59,070 nucleotides of DNA from a virus. Lineage: Duplodnaviria > Caudoviricetes. This document shows positions 9,190-19,727 of the stretch, piece after piece. Location: positions 1-59,070 of IMG/VR virus record IMGVR_UViG_3300048086_000027. One strand, written 5' to 3'. Position 1 is the stretch's first letter; every line of letters starts with the position of its first letter. The position numbers and the translations under genes are program-made. The notes beneath the pieces were generated by a model. It was not told the DNA's origin. It made no database searches and was given only the letters and a program-made list of their open reading frames with translations.

Positions 9190-9274
9190 CTGTCTGTCGT
9201 CTAACGGTAGGGCGCTGGCGGTGCGCACACACAAAACAGAACCCAGAATCCAGGTTCGATCCCTGGCAGACAGA
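9190..9274 (+). ncRNA. tRNA-like RNA with an expanded (about 24 nt) anticodon loop
   Basis: Acceptor CTGTCTG/CAGACAG; D arm; CTGG/CCAG stem; T arm CCAGG-TTCGATC-CCTGG. Confidence 0.6.
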
Positions 9275-9490
9275 TTGGATACTAGGCGGGTCGGCCCGCT
9301 GGAGCTGGACTATGTGTGCCACTCCCTTTGCCGTCATGAGCACAAGATATATGGCACATGAGCCACTGGAAGCATAATCTTCTGGTGGCTCCTCTGTTTT
9401 TACAGCCTGCTTCTTGTTACTGCTGCTATACCTACTCGTTGCACGAATCGAATCGATATTCGTGTGATTTATGATGTAGGAAGCAGAAAT

Positions 9491-10318
9491 ATGTATCAAC
9501 CACCTGAGCAACCTCAAACCGTTTGGGACCATCAATGGAATGCTGATGAAACAGTCCAATCATCGGCATATCCTCCACCACCGCCGTACTATCCTCCACC
9601 CTCTCATCGGTCACCACAGAAGCCATCAATCAATCAACCTCTCACGCTGATCATTGCTCTAGCTGTCATTTTTATGCTTGGCTTCTCTGTCTATCTTGCC
9701 TCTGCGTTAGGCCTGTATGGCTCCCGCCAATCGATCACATATGATGACACAACAACGCCAGATACACCAACAGCAACCCTTGCCGCCACTGCGACCAGCA
9801 AGCCCACTATAGCGCCTACAAAGCCTGCAGGTGGCACGACACCAGTATCTTCTGGCCCAGGGCCTGCGTCACACAAAACAGGCGTCAATGGCAATCCTTG
9901 GGGCTATGACTTCAATCCAGGGGATGTCATCGCTTCGCCACCAGGTGACTTCTGTGCCTACTTTGCCTGTATTGCCAGCTTCTGGAGCGGCAATGGCTAC
10001 GTGATGGAATGCCAGGATCAGACGTATAGTAAATCAGGTGGTATACGTGGAAGCTGTTCACGCCATGGCGGAGATATGCGCCCCTTATATCAGCATCCAG
10101 CAGGCGCCATCCCATGTATGCTTCATCAATTTGTCGATGTGACGCCAGAGCCCTCTCCAGATCCACAACCGTCACCCTCACCAGAGGCCTCGCCAACGCT
10201 TGATCCATCCCCCACTCCTCTGGCCACACCTACCATTCCAGTCACCAGAACACCAGCTCCCACACCAACACCCTGGCCAACAAATACGCCAGTGCCAACA
10301 GCAACACCATCATGCTAA
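9491..10318 (+). CDS. Single-pass membrane protein with Pro/Thr-rich linkers and a Cys-rich extracellular domain (moron-like)
   Basis: TM helix LTLIIALAVIFMLGFSVYLA; GVNGNPWGYDF...C...C...CSRHGG domain. Confidence 0.7.
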   Translation: MYQPPEQPQTVWDHQWNADETVQSSAYPPPPPYYPPPSHRSPQKPSINQPLTLIIALAVIFMLGFSVYLASALGLYGSRQSITYDDTTTPDTPTATLAATATSKPTIAPTKPAGGTTPVSSGPGPASHKTGVNGNPWGYDFNPGDVIASPPGDFCAYFACIASFWSGNGYVMECQDQTYSKSGGIRGSCSRHGGDMRPLYQHPAGAIPCMLHQFVDVTPEPSPDPQPSPSPEASPTLDPSPTPLATPTIPVTRTPAPTPTPWPTNTPVPTATPSC

Positions 10319-10840
10319 AATACACAATAGCCCTGGGCTCTCTGCTGGAGACGCCTGGGGCATCATGCTGTATGCTATCTGGTCGCTTTTCGACATTTGT
10401 ATAGCAGCAACTATAACATATGTGAAAACATGTTGTCAACTCGTACTACACAGTTTCGCTCATATAATTCAATTTGGTGTCGATTCGCCTTGATTTTTAG
10501 GAAACATAATGATATGCTGTGATGGTGCAAAAGTTACGTTGAGCAGGGTATATATACAGAGAGAAAATATCGTCATGTGTTCGTTGTAGAAAAGATGAGG
10601 TATAAAATGCCTACCGAAAAGCAAGAAGCGCTCCCAGCTATCGCCTCCGTGGCACGACTCCGTATTGGGGAGTATCTGATGATTATCTGGGAAGATAGGT
10701 CACTGACCATCAGACGTTGGGAGGACAGATACACCGATAACCCGCCTGTATTTGCCTGCGATGCTGAGAACATCCCCCAGTTCGCCCGGTTCCTCTCCCC
10801 GCTGGGAGCGTAATACACACAGGATGAGCATTCCCCCCGC

Positions 10841-11071
10841 TCATCCTTTTTCTTTGCCTGGCTCTTCATCCGGGATCTGCTCAATCAGTTCGCATGGGTC
10901 TACTTCCAGCGCTACTGCTAGCCTATCGAGGGTGGCAAGCGTGATGTTTTCGTGAGGATTGCGCATCACACGCTGCACAATTTTGATATCCAGCCCAGAA
11001 CGAAGATAGACTTGTCGTTGGCTCAGCCCCTTTGACTGGGCAATTTCTTTGACTTTTAGCTGTATTGCCAT
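10841..11071 (-). CDS. Cro/C1-type HTH regulator (candidate repressor)
   Basis: MAIQLKVKEIAQSKGLSQRQV...TLDRLAVALEVDPCELI. Confidence 0.8.
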   Translation of the reverse strand: MAIQLKVKEIAQSKGLSQRQVYLRSGLDIKIVQRVMRNPHENITLATLDRLAVALEVDPCELIEQIPDEEPGKEKG

Positions 11072-11392
11072 TGCTCTCACCTGCCTTTGAGCAATGGTAT
11101 ACGAGCAATCGACTTGACAATAGTGGGCGCATACGCTATTGTTAAAGAGCAGTTGTTTTAAAGCAATTGTTTTTAAACAACTGAGAAAGCAAGGAGACAT
11201 CCAAGACACTTTTCGACCCTTTGTCTCCAATTGCATCACACCCGGACAGATGAACTAGTCATGTGACTGGTTGCCATCCGTTCCCATCTGTCCGGGCGGG
11301 CTATCCATATTTGAACACACAAAAACACCCAGGAAAGCGGCCCTTACACGCTCCTGGGTGCTCTCTCGTTCAGATGTCCCCTTGCAAGGGGG

Positions 11393-12761
11393 TTATGGTT
11401 CTCTTTCGATGGATTGCTTCCCTGTTGCCTTGTCAATCACCAGACGAACAGAGGGCGTAACACTATACATCTCAGCACTAATACTTTGAAAATACTCTGA
11501 CGCCTTCACCCAGGCATCCATTTCGTCCATACCAGACTGAACAAGGGATTCCATATAGTTTCGTGCCATGTCTGCGTTGATTTGTTCAAGCGGTGACCGT
11601 GGGCGATACAGTGGAATTGATTCTCGCTTTCGTCGTCTCATTTCTTGCCCTCTCTTTTTGTGCCATCATCGCATAAAAGATGCGCCCTTGCAAGGGTGCA
11701 TCTCATCGGTTCAGTCTCCCTATTCCTCCACCTCCTCATCCAAATACGTGGCCACCTCATGACGCTGAAGCAGCGCTAGCAAAAGTCGAACTTCAGCCAG
11801 TGGCAGCATGACGAAGGATGATGGTTCCTGGCTGTCCTTGGTTCGGTAGATTCCGATCACCAACTCTGGCTGGTCGCCTGGAATGCGTGGCAGCGGGTGA
11901 CAGAACGTCAAACCGACGTGGTGGCCAGTATCACGGTCATAGCTCACAGTGGTCTCAAAGCTGGAATGGCGGAAATGCACGCTGCCAGGCACAATCGTTG
12001 GTGGTTCGCTGGGTAGAAGAGTGACGGGATAGGCGATATCGTTCGTTGCCATAAGAAAAACTCCTTTCAAATTTCCATACCCAAAATTTCGAGGATGACC
12101 GGGCTCCACAAGTGCTGGACCAGCAATTGGGCCTCGCGTTTTGTCAGATCAATGACACTATCTTGCTTCCCAAGGCGGCTATGGGCAAAGGAAAGCGTCG
12201 AGATACCCTCCTGATTGCGAATAGCCGTAATCTCGATTAACTCCTCTGGCCCACGGCGCAGGTACAGCGTGCAGTCAGCAGCAAATTCAGGCTGTTCTGG
12301 CGGCATGTGAGACTCCTTTCAGATCGTTTTGCCGCGATAGATCAAATCGGCTTCCTCTGGTGTCAAGAGGCCCTCATCAATGTCCTGGGCTAGCTGCCCA
12401 ATAGCGGCCTGATCCTCTTTACAGGGACAATGCGGATCTGAGCAGAAGAGGTCTTCGTCAGTGTGCTCTTCTATGGGTTCATCGTCGTAGATGACTGGGA
12501 TGGGTTTGTTTTCAGTGGAAAGAATCGTGCTCATAAGTGTCCTCCTTACCAGACTTGATCTAACAGGGTCAGCAGGTATCTTGTGGGGTCTGCAAGTTCA
12601 TCGGTAAAACAGTATGAGAGGCTATCGAGTGTGCTCTGGAGGACACCGGAGACATAGGCGCCAATCTCAGGCTGTGCATCCTTGTTTTCAAGGAGTTTTT
12701 CTATGGTCGTTGTGGCGCTCCGTATGGCACGTAGCGCGTCTTTCTCAGTGCCTTCGATCAT
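11393..12761 (-). other. Cluster of small hypothetical early genes (11393-11641, 11720-12052, 12067-12306, 12319-12534, 12546-12761)
   Basis: Closely packed co-oriented ORFs, most with AGGAG/GAAAGG-type RBS. Confidence 0.6.
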
Positions 12762-12819
12762 GGGTCGTATCCTTTCTCATCTGGTTGAGCTGAAGATAGC
12801 TCAACCAGATGACTTGAAT

Positions 12820-13257
12820 TTAGGCAGTTCGGAGAAGACTAAAGCCCTGGTTGCCCATCTCTCCCCTTGCAAGGGTGCGTTGCTTCGGCTTGTGGCCCAT
12901 GATCCGCTCATATTCGGCATCGGTGGCGGGCTTGCCGTTGAGGGTGAGAGAGTGCTCGCGAGCTGGAGCAGTGGTTTGTTTGCGGGCCTGAGCGCGCATC
13001 TGGCAGCGAGTAGAAACCAGTTTCGTGTGTCGGCATGGAATACGACTCGGGCAGGTGTCCTGCCAGGTCATGAGATCAGCGCTCCAGCGAGCGACATAAT
13101 ACGAGCCATCATTCTTAGAAGATCTGACCAGGTAAAAGACTTCCCCGGCCTCAATGCCATATTCCGGCATGTCCTGGTTGGCGGTGCAGCGGATCGTTGC
13201 AGCGTCGCAGTGCTCGATACGGACGGTTTTCTGAGTGGCGATTGTGGCTACTGTCAT
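12820..13257 (-). CDS. Hypothetical protein with a SWIM-like metal-binding motif
   Basis: YLVRSS...YYV...DTCPSRIPCRH; RBS AAGGAG. Confidence 0.55.
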   Translation of the reverse strand: MTVATIATQKTVRIEHCDAATIRCTANQDMPEYGIEAGEVFYLVRSSKNDGSYYVARWSADLMTWQDTCPSRIPCRHTKLVSTRCQMRAQARKQTTAPAREHSLTLNGKPATDAEYERIMGHKPKQRTLARGEMGNQGFSLLRTA

Positions 13258-13383
13258 GGTACAATTCTCCTTGTGACTTGCGGCTTGAGGGTTCCAATCT
13301 GCTAGCCGTTTGTCCGAACGATGAGGGCGATACTTCGGTATTGCTCTCTTTGCTTTCTCTCCGGGCGTTTCCCTTCGTTGAAA

Positions 13384-13471
13384 TAAGTATACCAGAGTTG
13401 TTGGATAGTTGTCAAGTGTTTTCGGATACTTTGCAAAATACATTGACAACTTGATATTGCTATGGCATAAT
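13384..13471. promoter_or_regulatory. Divergent promoters
   Basis: TTGACA-17bp-CATAAT on +; TTGACA...TATACT on -. Confidence 0.6.
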
Positions 13472-13539
13472 AAAGAAACAGGATGTCAAATATATCCTGT
13501 ATAGGTCCATGGCTCTCACAACTTTTTTGGGGGATTGGT

Positions 13540-13782
13540 ATGCAACAGAAGGACTATCTCACCTATGAGGAGGCGGCTGAGTACATTGGGTGCAAACGTA
13601 GTACCCTTTACTCACTTGTCTCTGACATGGGTATCACAACACACAAATTTAAATACGACAAAAGAAGATACCTCACACGCGCTGATGTAGAGCGTATCAA
13701 GGAAATTAGGGAAAAACCATGGTTGGCTGGACCAGATGAGGAAAGACAATCAGAAGAAGAACCAGAACGGCCTGCTGCGTAG
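13540..13782 (+). CDS. HTH_17-type DNA-binding protein
   Basis: YLTYEEAAEYIGCKRSTLY. Confidence 0.75.
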   Translation: MQQKDYLTYEEAAEYIGCKRSTLYSLVSDMGITTHKFKYDKRRYLTRADVERIKEIREKPWLAGPDEERQSEEEPERPAA

Positions 13783-13947
13783 CCAGGGCTGGCGGCGACT
13801 GAGTTTGCAAGGCCCTTGACGCCGCTCAGCCCAAGCAATTGCTCTTTCCATTGTATCATGTGCAAAAGAATTTGTCTTTAGTTTCTTTAGTCTTTAGTTT
13901 GTCAGAATGACCTGAGCACAGGTCGTTTGATTGAAAGGACAGCTTTC

Positions 13948-15549
13948 ATGGAAATACACCCCAACCTCCGTAAACTGCTCCAGTATTTTCACCAGCTCAG
14001 TATAGAGGGTGAAACTGGGAGGTTTGATTCCCGGCGTGTTCACAATTTTGTTAAACCGGGATTTACGAAAGAACACGTAGATTGGATAACGTTCATCAAA
14101 GATACAAAATCTTTTCTGGCTCGATACGGTGAAGTAGACTTAAGAGTATCACCAGAACAAAAGGATTTTGCTATGCTCACCGCGGACCAAGCAAGTATCC
14201 TGCTCTGCTTTGATGCCTCGGAAAGTTCTGTAAAAGTCAGTGAACTCTTAAAACAAGTAAACCACTACAGAGCACTAGATCGACCTGGTAAATATGAATT
14301 TGGCGCTTTCATAATGTGGTTCCTTGATGGCAGTAAGGACAAAACCTTAGAAGAAACAAACAAAAAACACGAAACTCCACTGAAAAAGGAGAAAAGACTA
14401 GAAAGAGAATTTGGTGAAAACCTTGCTTCCCAGGGGATTCCCGTTCAATATCAAGTTCCCTGTGAGTACGGCATTGCTGATATTGTTACTCCAGATGCTA
14501 TCTATGAGATCAAAGCTTCCTTAGCAAGAAGCACCCTGCATAAGGCTATTTCCCAGGTTCTGCTCTACCGAAACTGCCTTAACCCCTCTGCAAAAGCTAT
14601 CGTTGTTGGCTACCCATATAGACAGCAACCAGTAGATATCCATCTAGCAAACAGTTTAGGGGTTGAGGTAATTGTCTGCGAAGATCAAGGCCCAGAACAC
14701 GAAGCTGAGAAACCCATCACTCTAAAAAAGGAACAAAAACGACGAGAGCGGATTATACCCGCAAAGAAAGAACGCTCAATCAGAAAGGAAAAATCTACAG
14801 TGCGTAATAACACATCAGTTGTTCCCTCTCGATCGCAACCAGACAGCTCACCCTTTGATGCTATTCGCCAGATCCGCGATAACGGAAGCGAGTTCTGGAG
14901 TGCCAGAGATTTGCAAGAGCTTCTTCAATATCGAGACTGGCGCAACTTCGAGAAAACTATCGAACGAGCAATGATCTCCTGCAAAGTCGCTGGGCGCGAA
15001 GTCTCCGAACACTTCGTTGAATCCACCAAAGTGTTAACCGTTGGGAATGGCGCTCAAATGACTGTGAAAGATTATCACCTGACTCGATTTGCTTGCTACT
15101 CCATTGCGATGAATGGCGACGTTGACAAGCCTTCTATTGCCACTGCCCAAACCTATTTTATGGTCCAGACCAGAAAAACAGAATTGGCAGAAGAAGCACA
15201 ACGGCTTGCCCAGCAACCTACACACCCACAACTTCCTCCTCCTCTCTTCGAAAATGTTATCGGAGATGCGCCACGCTGCCCAACGCCTACACGTGCTCAG
15301 GTGGAAGCAGCTATCATTCGCACTGTCCATGCTATTCAACCACATCGCAAACATGGCGTTACCCTGCATGACATGATGGCCTGGAGTGAAGAAATTCAAG
15401 CATATCGGGCGTACCATAGCCTCAGCGAAGAAGGCCGAGGACTCTTAGACGTCGCTGAAGCGCTGGTGAAACGTGCTGTTCTGACACGCATCGAAATAGA
15501 ACGCGCCTACTACTACAGCTCACCAAAAACTGCAGGCTACCTGCATTAA
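13948..15549 (+). CDS. Multidomain antirepressor-like protein: PD-(D/E)XK-like domain plus DinD/BRO-N domain
   Basis: ADIVT...IYEIK...AISQVLLY; FWSARDLQELLQY..WRNF...DYHLTRFACY.IAMNGD..K...AQTYF..QTR. Confidence 0.7.
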   Translation: MEIHPNLRKLLQYFHQLSIEGETGRFDSRRVHNFVKPGFTKEHVDWITFIKDTKSFLARYGEVDLRVSPEQKDFAMLTADQASILLCFDASESSVKVSELLKQVNHYRALDRPGKYEFGAFIMWFLDGSKDKTLEETNKKHETPLKKEKRLEREFGENLASQGIPVQYQVPCEYGIADIVTPDAIYEIKASLARSTLHKAISQVLLYRNCLNPSAKAIVVGYPYRQQPVDIHLANSLGVEVIVCEDQGPEHEAEKPITLKKEQKRRERIIPAKKERSIRKEKSTVRNNTSVVPSRSQPDSSPFDAIRQIRDNGSEFWSARDLQELLQYRDWRNFEKTIERAMISCKVAGREVSEHFVESTKVLTVGNGAQMTVKDYHLTRFACYSIAMNGDVDKPSIATAQTYFMVQTRKTELAEEAQRLAQQPTHPQLPPPLFENVIGDAPRCPTPTRAQVEAAIIRTVHAIQPHRKHGVTLHDMMAWSEEIQAYRAYHSLSEEGRGLLDVAEALVKRAVLTRIEIERAYYYSSPKTAGYLH

Positions 15550-15573
15550 GCAAAGTCTTACATAAGACAAAGG

Positions 15574-15604
15574 AAAGCCGCTGGTGTGGGTACCAGCGGC
15601 TTTT
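15574..15604. terminator. Bidirectional terminator
   Basis: AAAGCCGCTGGT-loop-ACCAGCGGCTTTT. Confidence 0.75.
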
Positions 15605-15929
15605 CGTTGCTCCCTACTCATTGCTTCTTTCTTGCGCGACCCTGGTACAGACGATGCCCGCATGGGTGCGCATACACACACCTACCCACCTGCTGCTCTT
15701 GCTCTATAGGCGCACTGCATACAGGACACAGGCCCTGGGCTAGCCGCTCAAGATACGAGCGCACTGCCTGCGCCATCTCCTCTGAAATGGGCTCCTGCTC
15801 ACTCTCCATATGCTCCCTTCCTAACATCGATACCGGATCTTCAACTGCTTCTGCATCACCCGGAATTTGAAGGCGTGATAGCCGCAAAGACCGTCGCCGC
15901 CATGGCAAACTGCGCACGTTCGCGACAGT

Positions 15930-16292
15930 CTATAGCGCTTGATTCTCATTTTCGCTCGTTCCTTTCTGGGAGCCGCTTGAAGCCTCAGATAAATTCGGTA
16001 AAAATTTCGGTGATTGCCCTTGCTCAACGGCAAAATTGAGCACATCACGCCGCTCTTCCAGTGGCCATGTCTCCAGGTCCTCTCCCTGGACCTGAACATA
16101 CTGACTGATGAACTGTTTGAACTCTGCATTGCTGGCATCCTCAACGTTCGTGGGCTTGCCGGTAATCGTCGAGATGAAGCACAGGCTCTGAAGATCCAGC
16201 AGAGCGAATTTTTTCGGTAGTTTTTTCGGTAACTCTGAGCCTTTTACCGAATTTATTTGAGGCGTCACGCCGCCACTGGGCTGCTTTCTCAT
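15930..16292 (-). CDS. Hypothetical protein
   Basis: ORF starting MRKQPSGG; start uncertain. Confidence 0.45.
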   Translation of the reverse strand: MRKQPSGGVTPQINSVKGSELPKKLPKKFALLDLQSLCFISTITGKPTNVEDASNAEFKQFISQYVQVQGEDLETWPLEERRDVLNFAVEQGQSPKFLPNLSEASSGSQKGTSENENQAL

Positions 16293-16511
16293 GAAACTTC
16301 CCGCCCTTTCTGATATAGTGCTGGTTGTAGTAGATACACATGTCATCAGAGAGTCCTCCAGGCCAATAGCCCCGAACAATCCGGTAGATAATCAGCTCCT
16401 TCACCATGTCCATTGTTCGCTGCCGTCCTCGCTTCTTGTGCCACACCGGTAAAACCGCTTGTGAAGTGACTTTACCGGGTGGCTCTACCGAATTTATTTC
16501 TTCGGTAGAAG

Positions 16512-17267
16512 CTACTGCTGGCTCTGCTGGTTGGCCTGGCTCTGGTCCAGCGGAGCCTGGGAAGGGTCCTGGGCTGCACTCCCTTGAATAGACTTTTTGA
16601 GCAATGCAAGTGTCTCAGGAGAAAGTGCCGTAATCAACGCATCCAGATCAGCCATAGTAGGTGCTTCAATCCGAGCGGATGGAGGCTGCGGAGCGGCTAA
16701 CTGCGCAGGTGCTGGCCGAGGTGCCAGCACCGTTTCTGTTTGGGCTAATGACACTGATTGAACGGTAGGCTGCACACGCGGACGCCGGGGCAGATCATCC
16801 AGGTACCGGCGTGCTGGCTGGGCCGCGTTGTATTCCATGCGCACAATGACGGTGATGGCAAGAATGTTGACCACAAACGCCAGAATCACCAGGCCATACG
16901 CCAGAATAATGATCCCAGGATCAATCTGGTGGGGGATATTATGCGTACTGGAGAGATACATCTGAATCATGGTCGCCGCTGTCGAGAGCGCAAACGTCAC
17001 AATCCACATCCCGAAGGTGAGATGCTTTGAGCGGCGCAGTCGGAAGCGATAGAACATTTCGCCCATCGCGTATCCAGTGGCACATCCGTCGCAGACAAAC
17101 ATGGTGACAATCTTCATGAAGAGGTTGTCAGGGGGAAACAGCCAGTTCACCAATTCAAAGGTCTGCCAGCCGTAGGCCACGATAATCACGGCATAGGCAA
17201 TACTGACAATCACGCGAATCCACCAGCCAGCTCCTGACTGCTGGAATTCATCATACTCTTGAGACAT
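16512..17267 (-). CDS. Four-TM membrane protein with a Pro/Gln-rich tail
   Basis: Four hydrophobic segments; RBS GAAGGG. Confidence 0.75.
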   Translation of the reverse strand: MSQEYDEFQQSGAGWWIRVIVSIAYAVIIVAYGWQTFELVNWLFPPDNLFMKIVTMFVCDGCATGYAMGEMFYRFRLRRSKHLTFGMWIVTFALSTAATMIQMYLSSTHNIPHQIDPGIIILAYGLVILAFVVNILAITVIVRMEYNAAQPARRYLDDLPRRPRVQPTVQSVSLAQTETVLAPRPAPAQLAAPQPPSARIEAPTMADLDALITALSPETLALLKKSIQGSAAQDPSQAPLDQSQANQQSQQ

Positions 17268-17395
17268 TTGTAAAACCCTTCTTGAACGTCGTAGAATGTT
17301 CCACGACTCCTGAACTAGTTACTCGGGAGTTCAGAGCTGGGGCAATTGCAATGTCGCCAGCTCGTTCACTGCTACAAAGAAACACTACAGATAAC

Positions 17396-17623
17396 TACAG
17401 AAACACTATCTTTACCTCTCACTGCCCTCTACAGGCTTGCTCAGACTGCAAATGCAGAAGTGAAGCAAGTAAAGACACCCTGGAAAATCCTCTGCAGATG
17501 TCCAGAACCATCTCCAGACAAGTACAGAAACGCTCTCTTTACTACTGAAACCGCTCTACAAGCCCATGCAAGTGGCAAGTGCAGAAGTGCAGCAAGTCAA
17601 GACACTCCAGAAAATCTTCTGCA
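17396..17623 (+). repeat. Two imperfect direct repeats of about 100 bp (17396-17500, 17523-17623); third copy inverted at 19466-19570
   Basis: Shared CAGAAAC.CT.TCTT.AC...TGCAGAAGT..AGCAAGT.AAGACA.....GAAAA. Confidence 0.8.
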
Positions 17624-17629
17624 CTTGCT

Positions 17630-18751
17630 CTACAGATTATCAAGCACTGACTTTGCACCCTTGCGTGCCTCTGACTGGCGAAGAGATTTCAAGTACACCT
17701 CGGTCACCTTGATAGAGCTATGCCTGAGCAAGCGAGATAGTTGATAGATGTCTCCACCATTGCGTATGAACATCACAGAGAAAGTGTGGCGGAACGTATG
17801 CGGTGAGCAACGGACACCCTGGATATCTGCCCATTCACCCAGACGCACAATGATCTGATAGAGTCCAGATTTCGTCAGAGGCTGGCCAGCCCGATTCACA
17901 AAAAAACGCTCCTGGGCTATCAGTTGTTTCTTGCGCTGATGCATTTCTCGATCAGGAAGGCCACGAAGCTGAGAGACGATCTTATGCTCGATTGTCGGCT
18001 CTCGGAACAGACGAAGGTACCGCTGGAGGAAACGCCTGGTCTGCTCTCCAAAACCCACCTCACCCCACTTCTTCCCTTTCCCAAAAATGCGTACATGAGG
18101 ATCTTTGGGATCCAGGGAGACATGCTCTATAGTCAGTCGAAGCAGCTCCGACTCACGAATACCGGTATCCAAAAACAGAGCAACAATCGCTCGATCACGC
18201 AAGCGCAGATGCTCACTCTCCTCCTTATCACATGCCTGAAACAACGCCTCTATCTGCGAGCTGGTGAAGGTTTCAAGAATGGTCTCCTCTATCGTGGGCT
18301 TCTGGATGCGTTGCGCAGTCACCGCCAGCACATGATGGCAATATTGCTCATCTAGTACACACCAGTTGAGGAAACGCTTAATGTCCTTCACATAGAGGGC
18401 AAGCGTACTTGCTGAGAGTTGATTGGCTCCAGCTTTTGCAGGCTTGTGCGTGGCCGCCAGGTGTTCAAGGAAGCAATGCACCACCTGGGCATCCACCCGA
18501 TGGAGCATAATCGGATCATGCTTTTCACGAATACTGACCGCCTTCCAGGTGTTTGCCTTGCGATCATGGGAGATGGCATGGGACGCACACCACTGCCCAA
18601 AGGCGGTCAGCGTATAACGATACTCATCCTGCGTCTTCGATTCAAGGCGCTTGACTGCTGACGATGCAAGAAAATCCTGTACAGCAGTGGGAACAGGAAC
18701 GACTGCATCAGCTTCCCGACGCTGCTTCACGCGATGATACCGATTAGGCAT
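17630..18751 (-). CDS. int: Tyrosine integrase
   Basis: Catalytic R (TGIRESE), K (GKGKK), HxxR (PHTFRH), H (LLRHSS), Y (TEVY). Confidence 0.93.
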   Translation of the reverse strand: MPNRYHRVKQRREADAVVPVPTAVQDFLASSAVKRLESKTQDEYRYTLTAFGQWCASHAISHDRKANTWKAVSIREKHDPIMLHRVDAQVVHCFLEHLAATHKPAKAGANQLSASTLALYVKDIKRFLNWCVLDEQYCHHVLAVTAQRIQKPTIEETILETFTSSQIEALFQACDKEESEHLRLRDRAIVALFLDTGIRESELLRLTIEHVSLDPKDPHVRIFGKGKKWGEVGFGEQTRRFLQRYLRLFREPTIEHKIVSQLRGLPDREMHQRKKQLIAQERFFVNRAGQPLTKSGLYQIIVRLGEWADIQGVRCSPHTFRHTFSVMFIRNGGDIYQLSRLLRHSSIKVTEVYLKSLRQSEARKGAKSVLDNL

Positions 18752-18843
18752 GGGCTACCCCCTTGCAAGGGGGAAAGAGGGGACTTTTGAACAGGGGATG
18801 CTGGCTCAACCCAGGTGAGAAGCGTGTCCAGTGCCGATCATTT

Positions 18844-18887
<44 letters not shown>

Positions 18888-18891
18888 GATG

Positions 18892-18923
18892 AAGAACTGG
18901 CCTGACAAGCCAGTTCTTTTTTT
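18892..18923 (+). terminator. Terminator that would follow the reconstituted tRNA after integration
   Basis: AAGAACTGGC-loop-GCCAGTTCTTTTTTT. Confidence 0.8.
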
Positions 18924-19102
18924 GTGCTCAGCATACCATCCTCCCATAACGAGTCCTTTCTGGCTTGAAACAAGGTGTGTATCTGCTGAAAGGCAGGAAC
19001 TCTACCACTGAGTTCCTCCCGCAAATCAACTATACCATACCATTGCACAGTATGTCATCAGTAGACAGAAGATGCAACCGCGAAGGCTCTTACAGAAGAC
19101 AA

Positions 19103-19461
19103 AACCTTGCAAGGGGGAGAGAACGGAACAACTACAGATTTCAGAACTGCAGATGGTGAAGAAGGCTCAAAAATTATCTTTGATGATTCTGACCTTGCAA
19201 GGGTGAGGAGGGAGGTATTTCATATAGTTATTTTTCTACACACTAAAGAAAGATAGATATTATAATAATAACCTATTTTTATTATGTATATACATTCTGT
19301 TGTATGGACAAGATAATGATTTATTCCTCTATGGAAAGTCTTTCTTTACGAACAAACATCCTACCTCCCTTGCAAGGGCAAACACTCCAGAGGAATCTGA
19401 GGGCTTCTCCACTCTCTTGACTTCTGAAATCTTTGGGTGATGTGTTCTACCCTTGCACGGT
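19103..19461. repeat. AT-rich core flanked by imperfect inverted repeats of about 100 bp (candidate origin or packaging site)
   Basis: 19103-19213 resembles the reverse complement of 19358-19461; each arm is bounded by two CCTTGCA(A/C)GG motifs. Confidence 0.65.
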
Positions 19462-19727
19462 CTGACATCTCCAGAAACTTTTCCGGGCTGTCTTCACTTG
19501 CTGTACTTCTGCATATGGTATCTGAGCAGGCTTCTCAAGCCGATTGACAGGTGAAGATAGGGTTTCTGCACTTCTCTGCAGATGTACTGCGGCTTTTTAT
19601 TGATGAGTTTATTTCGAGGCAGGTGGCCACCAAAAAACTATTCGTCTAATGTGTATTGGGGGAAAAAATATTCTCCAGCTAACACTTCTTGCAGCGTCAG
19701 CTAACATGTGCTATCATCAGGACAATT

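Noticed and set aside
8833-9377. Short ORFs overlapping the ncRNA cluster
   Set aside because: No recognisable motifs; the sequence is explained by tRNA-like structure
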